A DNA stretch of 64,000 bases from Tubulanus polymorphus (taxonomy: Eukaryota; Animalia; Nemertea), in assembly GCF_964204645.1 (NCBI RefSeq), contig NC_134027.1, forward strand, positions 17,198,560 through 17,262,559, given 5' to 3'. The notes below the pieces were generated by a model. The model searched no databases. It was not told the origin of the DNA and saw only the letters and a list, made by a program, of their open reading frames with translations. Of this stretch, positions 37,361-49,759 are shown piece after piece. A program made the translations under genes and the position numbers. Numbering within the stretch: position 1 is the stretch's first letter; each line of letters begins with the position of its first letter.

Positions 37361-38908
37361 TCAAAATAAATATTCAATGATTTAATTATGAATTATTTCA
37401 ATCCCACTTTACTCACACTTTTAATCTAACACAAAAATCTAACACATACAAATATGAATATTGAAATATGTTTAAAATATCAATTCTAACAACTCGTTAA
37501 TTACTCGTTACTTTTTTAGCGAGTATAAAATGAAAAATAAATTCGAGTGTGCGAGAATATTTTTCATTTTTTATGAGTTTCGCTACTAATTCAAATAGAA
37601 ATTGTTATTATTTTCATGTTTTTCATTTTTATGAGCTCGACCTCTCGACCTTTGGTATGAAACAACTGAACCCCTATTACTCTCGGTGAAGCAATGATCA
37701 TTGTTGGCTACTTACTTAATGCCTAGCTTTTGTGGGGGATGCGCCTAGAATAGATTTAGCCCCTAAATATAGTAGGTAGAGCCAGTCAGTGGAATGCCTC
37801 AATAGCAGGTAGTTATTGCCTGGTTTACACTGAATGTGCACGACAATTCATTTTGATTACTTTCTTTCCATCTATTATTCGTGGAATGAACTGGTCACTC
37901 GGGTCTTCAATTCCTTTGCGGATTCTTGCAGGAATATTAAACCACAGTGCGCAAATGCATGTTTCAAATAAGGCTTTTTCGACATTGACAGCCAAAGACG
38001 TAACTTAACACTCTAACTGAAGCGCAACTGTCTCAGATGCTGTAAGTACTTGACGTTTTGCGTAATTGTTTTTTTGTAATGCAATATTTGGATTAGTAAT
38101 CAGTCGTGCTAACGTACATGCAGAATTGGATTCATTGTTATTATGGGATGATAATTCATGGTGCTGTGACATACCCTTGATATGAAGCTTTTTTTAATTT
38201 TAATCAAAGACTTGTTTTGGAGTAAACTGAATAGCCCTTAAAATACCAATGCCACGTGGCTTGGTGTCTATGCTCTACGAGACTGTAGTAATAGATTTTC
38301 ACAACAAACTCATGATTTAAAATAGTCTCCAAAGATATCTATATTTTATTTCGCTCCTTAAATAAGTAATTCTTACATTTGTTTCCTTAATTACAGATGG
38401 AAAGAGGTCAGATGGCATCGACTGTGGCTGACTATTTGGCGCGAGTTACCAAAATGCTTCAATCATCAGGGGTAGACAAATTAGCCGAAGATGAATGAAA
38501 ACTTCACCTTGATGATCATCAGTTGATTTTGCTGTAATTATTTGCCTGGATATATCCTTCATTTTAAAATCTATCTTCAGTGGAATTTCTTTCAATAAAA
38601 TGAAAATTTATTTGACTAATTTTAATGTATTGAAGATTGAATTTGAATTAATCTTAAAACCAGAGGAAGCATTCAGAAATTTAGAAAATCCTTGACTCAT
38701 AATCAAATTCTGTGAAGTCAGTTAAGGTCTTTTTGCTCGAATCAAGCCGAGGGCTCAGGTGGCTAAAATTCAATTCCTCACCGTCTTATAATGCCCAGTA
38801 CGACAGAGTTTACACACCGAAACACGTTGGGCTGTGTAAGTGTAATTTTAATAAATATTATTATTGAAACAGTAATATATAATAAATCTATCAGATGAAT
38901 AAATATTA

Positions 38909-40440
38909 TTATTGAAATTGGGCTACGATTTCTGGTATAACATATTTAATAATTTTCATGGGTATATCATCGGTGCCAGCAGTGTTTGAGCTTTTGAGTG
39001 TTCGTACTAAATCAATAATTTCTGTCTCGACTACTGGAAATAGATAAAAGCTTGATGGGTTTTGATTAGGTAAAAAGTGTCGAAAATCTTCGTTGCTGTT
39101 GATGCTGTTAGCAAGTTTGGGACCAACATTAACAAAATAATTATTGAATTCGTTGGCGATATCTTGTTCATTGATTGTAGATCGAGAATTGGTTTTTAGT
39201 TCCGTAATTATTGTAGATTTTCCCTTGGAACCAATGATATTGTTTATGATTTTCAAAGTGTTTTTCATATTGTTCCCTTCTGTTTTAAGAGATTTTGCTG
39301 GTAGTAGTTTTTCTCCGCCGTTTTAAGTATATTATTGAGTTTATTTTTGTAATTTAGATATTTATTCTTATCCCTTTCGGATTTGCTTTTTAAGAATATC
39401 TTATATAAGCTTTGTTTAGTAGAAATTGACTTTAAGAGACCGACCGTAAGCCAGGGATTATGGGGTTTACTACTGTTGACTGTGAATTTTCTTCAGTGGA
39501 AAGCTAGATTCAAATAATCCGATGAAAATGTCAAGGAATACGTTATAAGCAGTTTCGCAATCGTCTTCATCCAGGACGCTAGTCCAATCTGACGCGGCTA
39601 GATTATTTTTAAAGTAAGCCATATTATTTTCGTTTATCGAACGATTAGTTATTACATATTTTGTATTGTTCATTTTAGTTGGTATTAGCGTAAAGATAGG
39701 TAGATGGTCGGAGATATCTGAAATGATCACCCCTGAAGTGTTGTTGTTGGAGATAGAATTTGTGTAGATATCGTCGATCAGAGTAGCTGTATAGTCAGTT
39801 ATTCTTGTAGATACATGGATGAGTGGTTTAAATCCTGTAGATATGACTCCGTTTAGAAATTTTGAGGTTTGGTGGCATTGATCACTCTTTAATAGATTTA
39901 TGTTATAATCTCCTAGTAAATAGCACTCGGTTTTGCTCTTCTCAATAAGTTGGAGTATTCTCTCAAATTCGGTATTACAATTATTAATCTTTGTCCCAGG
40001 AGGTCTATATATCGTACCCAGTATAATATTCTTATTTAACAGGATAATTCGATAAATAAACATTCTAATACATGCGTATCATCGGAGATTAGATCCGATC
40101 GTAATTTGAAATGTACATCTTCTTTAATATAAAAACCGACACCACCACCGACAGAGTAATCTCTGCTTAAAAATACATTATTATTCGCATGGTGGCTGTA
40201 CAAGGTGTCATTATCATTTTCAGGTTTCGTCCAAGTCTCAGAAACCGCTATTATCGTAGGATATGAATTCAGGGAATCTAGTAAATAAGAGATTTTATCG
40301 AAATTAGCTGTTAAGCTTCTACAGTTAATGTGTACTAGACTCACGGGAGACGAGCAGTTTAAAAGAGAGATGAAAGTTTCTACATCTTAGTATTTGCACG
40401 GATTATCATCCTTTATAAATGCATCTATTAAATCAGGCAT
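38909..40440 (-). pseudogene. LINE ORF2 endonuclease and linker, frameshifted and truncated
   Basis: HINCRSL, AVSETW, GGGVGFY, IYRPP, LGDYNINL, TLIDD, ISDHLP. Confidence 0.9.
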
Positions 40441-40601
40441 TGATTTGTAGTTAGTTAACAATGAATTGAATTAACATTTACGATAGATTGAGTTCAATTT
40501 TTAGTTTTCTTTTCACTCGGCTTCTCGGCAGAAGTTGGGGTCTCTGATAGTGACCTTGTCTTCCGTTTGGATCTCGGGGTCTCAAAAACGGGCAGGTCGT
40601 T

Positions 40602-41845
40602 TTATTCATCAGATGATCTCGCAATGTTGTTGATGAGGAGATCTTTGCCCTGTTTACTGAGATTAATTCCTGACATATCGGATGGGATGTAGAGTGAATA
40701 TTGGATTAGTCCATTGGGCATGAAAGATTGGTCATGGCTTATGAAGCATATGTTTTGCATGTCACAAAGCCTTTGCATGTACAAATTAACTGATCTAGCA
40801 GAGTCATTGAAATCTTTTGTTTTGCTGACGTTACTTCTGCCATTAGCTCTCTTAGGCAATATCCCAGATAGATGGGTAGCGTTTGGATAATGCGCACAGG
40901 CTTTTGCAATTGTTGTCGACAAGTTCATTTCTATTGTGTCAGGGTCATGTTTGTTTTTGGAGACGTCGTTGGTTCCCAGGTGGAGAATAACATTTTTCGG
41001 CGGATCTGGGTACGTATATTCAGAAGCTGCGCGCTCAAGGAGATTGTCGATGTCCTCGCTAGTTGCCCCGGGGCGACAGATGACCTGGAAAGTCGGAGGG
41101 ACCGCTATTTCTCGTAGGTTAGAATCACCTATTAGGACGTTCGAGACCGGCTTTTTGATCGTGTTAGCCGGTACCGGTTTACTGGTCAGCTCTGGCGCGT
41201 CATCCGATGAATTGTCGTCAGGTTTATTCGGTTGTAGCGTGTTATATTGAGGACAATCTCTTTGCATGTGATCGGGCGCACCACATTTAAAACACTTTTT
41301 TTGCCTCGGTGGTCTCTGATTACACCTGAACCACGGGTGATCACTACTCTTGCAGAATGTACAACTTTTGGTTTGATCATCGTAGAAAATTCTGACATTA
41401 TAATCACCGATTTTAGTATAATTAGGGATAGTTCCAGTTATTTTACTTAACAGGAGATAACGAGTTCCAGTAAAAATGTCGGTGTCCTTGATGACTCCGG
41501 TTTTAATTGAACCATGAACATAATTTCCAAACTTGGATAAAAATGTTATAATGGTTTGGTCGGACATTTCAATCGGGGCATCCACGATCTTGAAATTAAT
41601 CAGTTGAAGATTTGCATCTTGTAGTGTTACCGAAAACCCCAGAATTTCTATGGGGTGGCTTGCTAACAGATTTCTCGTCTCTTCATCTTTCGCAGTTATG
41701 AAACATTTGTTTTCAGTAATCTGGATTGCATGAATTTACTCACGTTGATTCTATTTTTTAATCCGTTAAATATATCCTGATGGCTGAGTTTCTTACGCAC
41801 ACTAAATGAAAGCGACATATCGCGATTGAGTTTCGATACATTCAT
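40602..41845 (-). pseudogene. LINE ORF1: RRM-like region, two CCHC zinc knuckles, SGNH esterase-like domain
   Basis: CTFCKSSDHPWFRC, CFKCGAPDHMQRDC, VLIGDSNLR, ILHLGTNDV; ATG at 41845, frameshifted near the 5' end. Confidence 0.85.
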
Positions 41846-42645
41846 GATAACTATTACACGATAATTAATCCTGAGGGAGGTGATACATCGATTAATTCAG
41901 AGCTCGAAATTAAATCGACCTGCAGTCAGCCGCCATATTGGAATATCTTGTACGTATAATTCTTGTACGAATATTTGTGTACGTATGATTGACCTTCCAC
42001 CTTCCACCAACCTTCCACTGATACGAAGCGGCCTAAGTTTACATCCTACCATAATCTTCCTCGAAACTCTCAGCATTATTTCAAGGGTCGGTCTTATATG
42101 GAGAAAATATATGAAGGAGATGTTCACAGGCCAAACGAGGCCAAAAATCTACCCCAAAATTTCAAATTTTACAAGCAATGATAATATACTTCATGCTTTT
42201 GGTGCAGAAAAATTGCATGTCCACAAATTGCAAATTGTGTTTTCTAAGTAAACGATTGAGTGTGGAATTGTTTCGAATTCAGGGTTCTCCCATTAACTCT
42301 CCGGTATTTTACAATTTTTTCAATGCTCCAATGCACTATGCACTATGCACAGGGTCTCAGTGCCTTAGATTTCTAAGTACAGCCTATTGGCTCGCACTGT
42401 ATCCCTCGGAACCAACATCATGTATAAATATCTTTAAGAAAATTTGAAATAAGATTGTATCGATTATCATTTATATTGTATGTACGGTTTACGAAAAATG
42501 AATATCTATCTATCTATCAATGAGACAAGTTACACTATTGTTGTGATCAGATGGCCAATTGAATACTTCTTCATTATATTGAAAGATAGGTCATACTTAA
42601 TGGAATGTTTTCTTAGGCCTTACAGCTTTCTCTATTGGTCAGCGT

Positions 42646-42710
42646 AAACTTATGGCTGATTTTGAGTGATCACAACGTCGTTGTGATCACTCAAAATTAC
42701 CCATAAGTTT
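42646..42710. repeat. 65-bp near-perfect palindrome
   Basis: AAACTTATGG..ATTTTGAGTGATCACAACG-T-CGTTGTGATCACTCAAAAT..CCATAAGTTT. Confidence 0.85.
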
Positions 42711-42744
42711 GAATTCTCGCTGAACTACTACGTCCCTATGACAA

Positions 42745-45700
42745 ATACATATTTCATATCAGGCGATTTACTTTGATCTGTGGTCAGTGGACAGCAGCTA
42801 CGAAACATTTAAAACTACTATATTATCTTCCATCTATTCATATATATGATATGATATAATATCTTCTTTAATGTTCAGTTTAAACTTCTTGAACGTAAAA
42901 GTCTGACAAGTTTCGCATGTTGGTACCGTTACGCACGTTTACGCGAGTGAAATGTGCCTGTTACAGGCTCTAATGCGCACGTTACAATTACAAATCGAAA
43001 CGTTGTTCGTTCAAAACCCCACGTGATAAATCACTTGCAATCAGTGGGAAATTCCAAAGTTGGCTCGCTACCTACGATAAAAATCTGACAGAACTTTTCA
43101 AGCGACAAATTAAAACGTAGGAGCTAGTAGTACTAACAAAGGATTCAGGCAATACTCCGTGTCATTTCTAAAAACATTTAACTGGTAATTAGACAGTACT
43201 TGTGTAGCTTATACAGGTAAAAGAGTTATTTACGTTCAGGCCAAATGAAATTATTTGATACCAGACACGACTAAGTTGTTTCCGAAATAGATAATTATAG
43301 CTTTGTGGTCAGTATTGGTCAAGATTTGGTTAGTTGAATAGTTGTTAGATGAAAGCCCACACCATATCCAATTATTTGACACCAAACACGACTGTGTTGC
43401 TTCTAAAATAGACAAATTACTTTAGGGTCAGTATTGGTAACAAAAATTGGTCAGTAAGATAGTTGTTAGATCATAGCCCGCATCGTTCGCATATTGATAC
43501 CGATACGACTCCTTTCTAGTTTGACACCATAACGCAGTATATCGTTTTCATATTCGGGAAGTTTGAATTGGTCAGTGGTGGTCAGTGATGGTTAGTTTAT
43601 GAATTAAGTAGTTTGAAGTAGTTTGAAAACAAACATGACATGAAAAATTTCCGAAATTCGAAGTCAAGTGTTCAGACTCGGGGATATCTCAATTGGTCAG
43701 TTTCTGACCATCATGTTGTCATTATTGTGGTCTATAGCTCAAATGAAGCATGTGGAACTGACGAAGGGGCCCAAAAGCGTGAGTCATTTCCTGAGTTATG
43801 TGATCCAAAAATGCCCTCTCTCAATTGGACGAAACCAAATCGGACAGGACAATTAAAATTTGGGAAGGCCACAGGCAGTCATACATTTGTACGAAGCCCA
43901 CGCGGTGAGCGCATTATTATGAAATCGTTTTTTAAACCACCATGTACCACATGAAGTAATAAGCATCGTTGTAAGCACTTGAAACACCCATTAACCACTT
44001 GAAACTGCCAGATCAAACATCATACCGCATCCCCGCAAAGAGGGGTAGTTCAGCAAACCGGAGTTTTCATCGGCCTCTCTAGACTACCCCGCCAGTACGG
44101 GTAGCCGAGCAAACCGGAAAACTCACAATGACGCTTATATTCGGAGTAAGTGTTCGCCACGGGGGATAGGAGATCGTTTCTCGGGTCGCATGAAATGTTC
44201 ATTGAGTTGTACGTGACCTTTAGGTCTACCGGTACTGAGCTTTACTGTCTCAAACAAACACGTGTAATTGTTGTGATAATTAACGGACTCATGGATTGAA
44301 CACCAAAACAATTTGCAAAAAAAAATCCGGCAACATTGCTACGATGTACAAAAGATTTTTTTCTTCATAATCCGAAAATGAAATCGATTTTACGAATTGA
44401 ATAACCCCCAAAGACCTATCCCGGTTAAATAAGACCAATCCGTCCGGATGTTAGGCCTGCGCATATACATAGGCCTACGTAGGCTAGTAGCCTCTACAAG
44501 GTTAAAGCTAAGTTCACTATAAAGGAGGAATCAGATTTAACAAATTGCATGTATTTGTGATTAACTGGTTCTGACTTCCAATGATCAATCACAACTATCA
44601 ACGATATTTTATTGGCAAAAATGAAGAATTAATTCCTAATGACTTAAGTTACTGCAGATCCCCAGAAAGATCTTTTTTTTGTCCAAAGATACTTTCGCTC
44701 GAAATTTTTATTCGTCGAAACAAAAACTTTTTTCATTGGAACCAAAAATATTTCTTGAATTTATTGAAAAAATCATTAGGACAAAGTTGTTTTCGTTCGA
44801 ACAAACTTTATATCCATACGAAATGTTTTTCGTTCGAACAATTGTTCGATCGAACAAAATCGTTTTCATTCTCTTGTCAGAATGTTAAGTTTCGGTTTGA
44901 ACAAGTATATTGTAAAAAGTTTTTCAATCGAGCCGAATTATTTTCATTCAAACATTTGTTCGAAACAAATTTGTTTTGTCAGAAGGAAGAAAAGTTTTCT
45001 TTCGAACAAAAAGCATATCGATCATCAAACGGAATTGTTTTCATTCGAACAAGATTTTCTTGTCAGAACATTAAGTTTTTTGTCGAACAGATATATTGTT
45101 CGATCGAAGCGTTTTTCGTTCCAAAGAGCAAAATTCTGGTGGAACTAAATAGTCTTTTTGTTACAATGAGTAATCTTTTTTCGAATTAAATAATCTTCTC
45201 ATTCGAACACAAAGGTGTAATCTGAACCTGGGTTTTCTTTGTATCCAATATCCATATCATGCCTTTCAGGTTGAAGCCCATCTTCCATGTTTCTGACCAT
45301 GAACGGAACACAGCTTGTTTAGGTCGTTTTGTAAATATACTCTGTCCGGTACATTTTGAATAAGGTTATTTTGTAAATATACTCTGTCCGGTACTTTTTT
45401 AATTACTCTGTATATCATCTATCAGGAGAGCGAAGAGAAGACGACTTAGGATACTACCTTGCATGACTCCACTAGCTAGACTGATCTCTACCAAGATGAG
45501 ACAGTTTCGTTGAATTCGGCCACCTGTTTTCGTTCAGAGAAATCTGCTGAGCCATTTAAGCGACCCATCATTGATACCGTTTCCGAATAGCTTATTTAGT
45601 TATCGCTGATGTTGGACCTTGTCAAATGCTTTTTTGAAATCCATAAAGACTAATTGAGGCCTTACAGTCGATTTTCCAGAGTCAAATAACCATCGGATTC

Positions 45701-46130
45701 AGTCATCCATGGTTTCAAAGTAGGCCTCATTGACTGTTTGTCAACTGTCCTTCTATAAAACCGTTTTGACAGTTGAACAGGATTCTAACTTCCCTCAATT
45801 TCCATGGCATGGTGCGGCTGCATCAGCCTTCACGCGATCGTCCACACAGTATTCAGATAAGATCAAGAATACGAACGAGGATGTGCAGAAAACCCGTTAT
45901 CTCTGCTTTGCAGCTATATTTATTATTCACATTTTTACACTGGATCTTACTGAAAATGTATAAACTACTTTCACTCACTTCCAATCTCAATAAAACCATA
46001 TTTCATCGCAAGGACTTCGTTAAATTGACAAATACTGCACGGGTTTTTATCTGATCCTCACAGTTTAACCACTTCAACCCTCTAAACAGTGCAAATTAGC
46101 CCCGTATTGAATAGTTCGCCATTTTAGTGG
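42745..46130 (+). repeat. Composite multi-kb repeat, copy 2 (includes TTCGAACAAA-rich low-complexity DNA and a CR1-like RT relic)
   Basis: Inverted match to 20260-23670; direct match to about 49760-52450. Confidence 0.85.
45210..45830 (-). pseudogene. Ancient CR1-like reverse transcriptase fragment
   Basis: Minus strand reads VFMDFKKAFDKVQH, SGVMQGSILSRLLFALLIDDI, LQNDLNKL..WSETWKMGFN, with stops. Confidence 0.75.
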
Positions 46131-46319
46131 AGCGTCGTGTTATTCTTGAAAGTGGAGTATGTTGTCTAGGAGTGTGTTGCCTACGGTTAAAATCCCGGAC
46201 AATCAAATTCAAATTGTGTACTTTATTGTTGCTTATATTGTCTCAATATCGTGCGAGTAATATTCCGAAGTGAAGATAATATAAGAGGATGAATAATGAT
46301 GCGTATGTAATAAATGATT

Positions 46320-47530
46320 GGTCCCGAACAAAAAGTTTTTTATTCAAACAAAAAGTATATTGTTCGAACAGAATTGTTTTTATTCAAGCAAAATTTTCTT
46401 GTCAGAACATTAAGTTTTTTGTCCGAACAAGTACATTGTTCGATCAAAGTGTTTCGAACCCCTCACATAATAAGTTCCTATTCTAACCACTAGGGGGCGT
46501 AAATTTCAAAAACTAATTTCAACATCCGTTTTTCACATGTAATGCGGTCTGTTCATTATGAAAATCATACCTAGGTATAAGTACATGGACATCCGTGTAA
46601 TATGCCAACCTGCATGATTAGTTCATACAACTGCCACGAGAGGACTGTGAAAACAACGATTTTTGCTGCTAGTTCCTTAACCGTTGGCGATAGAATCATG
46701 GTTGCAAGTGTGATCAGTAGCCCTTTACAAAACACTTGTATTGATATATGGTTTAAGTAGGTATATGGTTCTCCAGTAGCCATTTTCTTTCAAACAAAAT
46801 TTTCTTGTCGGAACATTAAGTTTTTCGTTCAAACAAGTATATTTTAAACAGTTTTACGTTTCAACAAATGTTACATCGTTCGATCGAACAGAATTGTTTT
46901 CATTTTAACTTTCTTTTGAACAAAATTGTTTTCGCACGACAAATTTTCTGTCAGAGGGACTATTCATTTATTACGTATGCCTAAAATTCCGATGTTTTAC
47001 AGGTGACATATCAGCGTACGTACAACAGATAATTTGACGAATTGTACGAATCAGACATAAAGAACGAAAAGACGAACAAAAAGTTTTTTATTCAAACACA
47101 AAGTGTTTTGTTTGATGGAACAGAACTGCTTTTATTCAAGCAAAATTTTCTCGTCGGAACAAAAAGTTTTTTGTTCGAACAGGTACATTGTTCAATCGAA
47201 GCGTTTCGATCTCCTCACATAAGTTCCTATTTTAACCAATAGGGGCGTAAATTTTAAAGACTCATCTCAGCATCCCTTTTTCGCGTGTAATGCGGTCTGT
47301 TCATTATGAAAATAATACCTTACGTAGACATCCGAGTAATACCTCAACCTACATGATTAGCTCATACAACTGCCACGAGGGGAATGTGAAAACAAGGATT
47401 TTTGCTCGTTAAGTTGTTCCTTAACCGTTGGCGATAGAATAGTGGTTGAAGTGTGTGGATAGTAACCCTGTACAAGACACTTGTATTGATGCGTGGTTTA
47501 AGTTGGTAACTCATATGGTTCTCCAGGAGC
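46320..47530. repeat. Tandem duplication (46320-46790 and 47070-47530)
   Basis: Shared TGTAATGCGGTCTGTTCATTATGAAAAT, CATACAACTGCCACGAG and CCTTAACCGTTGGCGATAGAAT. Confidence 0.8.
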
Positions 47531-49759
47531 GCCACCTACAAGTTGCTGAAAGGCATTTTCATTGATATCTACAAAGCGAATAAAGGGATTTCTATAAGAA
47601 TTGATGCACATGTACCTGGATATGAAATACAACGAACCCTTCATACAATTAGATTCTTTTCTAACCACTAGGGGGCGTAAATTTTGAACAATAGCCCCAA
47701 GGGGCACTATGGCCAGCCTGTCAGCTTTTCATAAAATGGCAAATGATGATGCATTCTGTGGGTTAAATTTGTCAAAATACACTCCCAGCTCAATAGAGTC
47801 AATATCTAATAATTTACACAATACAATCGTAGAATACAAAAGTAGCACAGACAGCGACTGGATCTGGCAGGAACAAATACCTCAGATAAATCTTTTCCCT
47901 TGGTCTTATTGATTTGAATGCGGAATAAAATTGAATTTTCTGAAATTTGCTCAATAAAACAAAATTGAATTGGATTTGATATTTCTATTTGTTCAATAAG
48001 GTGAATTAGCACATGGCTAATTAGCATATCAAGGTCATCTATCCGATTTGAGAAAAAGAAATTTTTCCCGGACTTTGCACAATGGTCAATGATATTTTAT
48101 GTAGTGCTAATAAAAATATTCCTCCAAAAAACCAAATCAACTTAAAGCTTTCACGGAAATCGGTCTTGAAAAACAATTTTAGATCTTAAAATAAAACCCG
48201 GAAGTAAAACGGTAGACGATACCGCGGGTTCACGTCAACACCTGCTGATTGCTGCCAGTTGCACATTCAAAGAGCCTTTGCTCTCTATTTCTATCTTATA
48301 GATTCTAGCATCCAATTTTCACGTGTAGTTCAGTCATTTTATTGTAGAAATTAAATTACATGTACATATGGATAGTACGCTGACCGGCAATTATAGTTCA
48401 TACAACTGGCACTAGGGAATGCCAAAAACACCGCATCTTTGTTATTCTCGATGTTATTTCCACCTAATTTGACACACAAGTACTATGTGCGTAGTAGCCT
48501 ATGTGGGACAACATATCCAAGTTATGAGCTGACGCTAAGGTGGCGCTCCGTAAAAAAAAAACGTTAGAACTGATTTCGGTGAAATTTTTGAACGCATCTC
48601 TGTACGGCAATCTATCCAGCAAGGCAGAAACCCGTTATCGCTGCTTTGCAGCTATATTGATTATGATTTTATGTCACACTATTTTCACTAAAAGAACATA
48701 GGCTTTGTTACCTTGCCACTGTTGCCGATACAATCCGTATGATATCCTTCAGCTCACGTCGATCTACTAATACTCCGTGCGCATTATCATGAATCAACGT
48801 TACAAAACCACTGTTTTGCCGTAAACATCGACAATTGGGCCCCATTCAAAGTGATCATCGCGAAATCCACCGGAGGCTGCTCGTCACATAGATTATAAAT
48901 TCAAGTGTAAATAAACAAATTTATCGCTGCAAGAGGTTACATTCAGCCGCGGTCTTCAAACAGTAAATTTTAACAATTAGGCATTTTCATCCTCGCTTGC
49001 CAGGAGTCTGGTTTGAGTCCCGAACTCGTTTCCACCAGCCCCCTGGCCTCACGAAGCGTGATTTCATTACTAGCGCTGTTGCGCATAAATACTTCCTTGT
49101 TCGGTAAAACGTTCGCTGATTGGTCCATTTAACGTGAAACCAACAGAAACCCAATGTCTTTGTTACAAGCGCTGTGATTGGTACGACTGGATTTTGGTCG
49201 GCTAGTAACGACTCCAACGACTCGCTTTAGCGTAGTGGGTTCGAATCCCTTGACGGGTGAAGATGCATTTTCCTCATCGGTACACTTAACGGTCCGACAG
49301 GATATAATTTACTACTACTCTAAATATTATAAGCACTGTCGAGCTGTAAAGATCGATGAAACAACTTTGTGTCTTTACATCGTCGTTCCGGGGATCCGCT
49401 GCGGTTTCTCCTCACCATGAGAATCAAAGCAAGCAAAAGTAAATCTATTACTCCCAGTGATTTGGCCGCGGGCTTCAAACAGGTAGTTTCTTTATCGGGT
49501 ATTTACTACGATAAATCATTAGAGTACCGAGTCGTATAGGCCTAAACTAAACTTGCCGAACTGATGCAGCGGAGAAAAGCTGTTGTGGTGATGAGGTATC
49601 AATGAATGGATTTATTACTACCAGTGATTCGGCCGCGGATTTCAAACATTTATCAATATTCTATTTTTCCTACAGTACACCGATCTTTACCAAATCAACG
49701 GGATAATTACTAAATGCCTGTATATTACACATTCTTATCCGTAAGCTGGACTCAAGCTT

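Larger units (their letters stand above)
33448..37681. mobile_element. Non-autonomous Polinton-family element B with inverted arms of 1.4 kb or more
   Basis: AGTAATAGGGG...CCCCTATTACT termini; TSD CTCGGT (33442-33447, 37682-37687); arms about 33448-35480 and 36265-37681. Confidence 0.92.
38909..41950 (-). mobile_element. 3'-truncated LINE (CR1/L2 group) with zinc-knuckle/esterase ORF1
   Basis: ORF1 followed by an APE endonuclease and linker; breaks off before the RT. Confidence 0.88.

Noticed and set aside
38790-38835. Penelope-type hammerhead ribozyme (GCCCA...CCGAAACACGTTGGGC)
   Set aside because: The closing stem and GAAA are present but the CUGANGA core is not; at best a decayed relic.
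44581-45189. ORFs in TTCGAACAAA-rich DNA (also 50900-51500)
   Set aside because: Low-complexity repeat; the frames are not conserved between paralogous copies.
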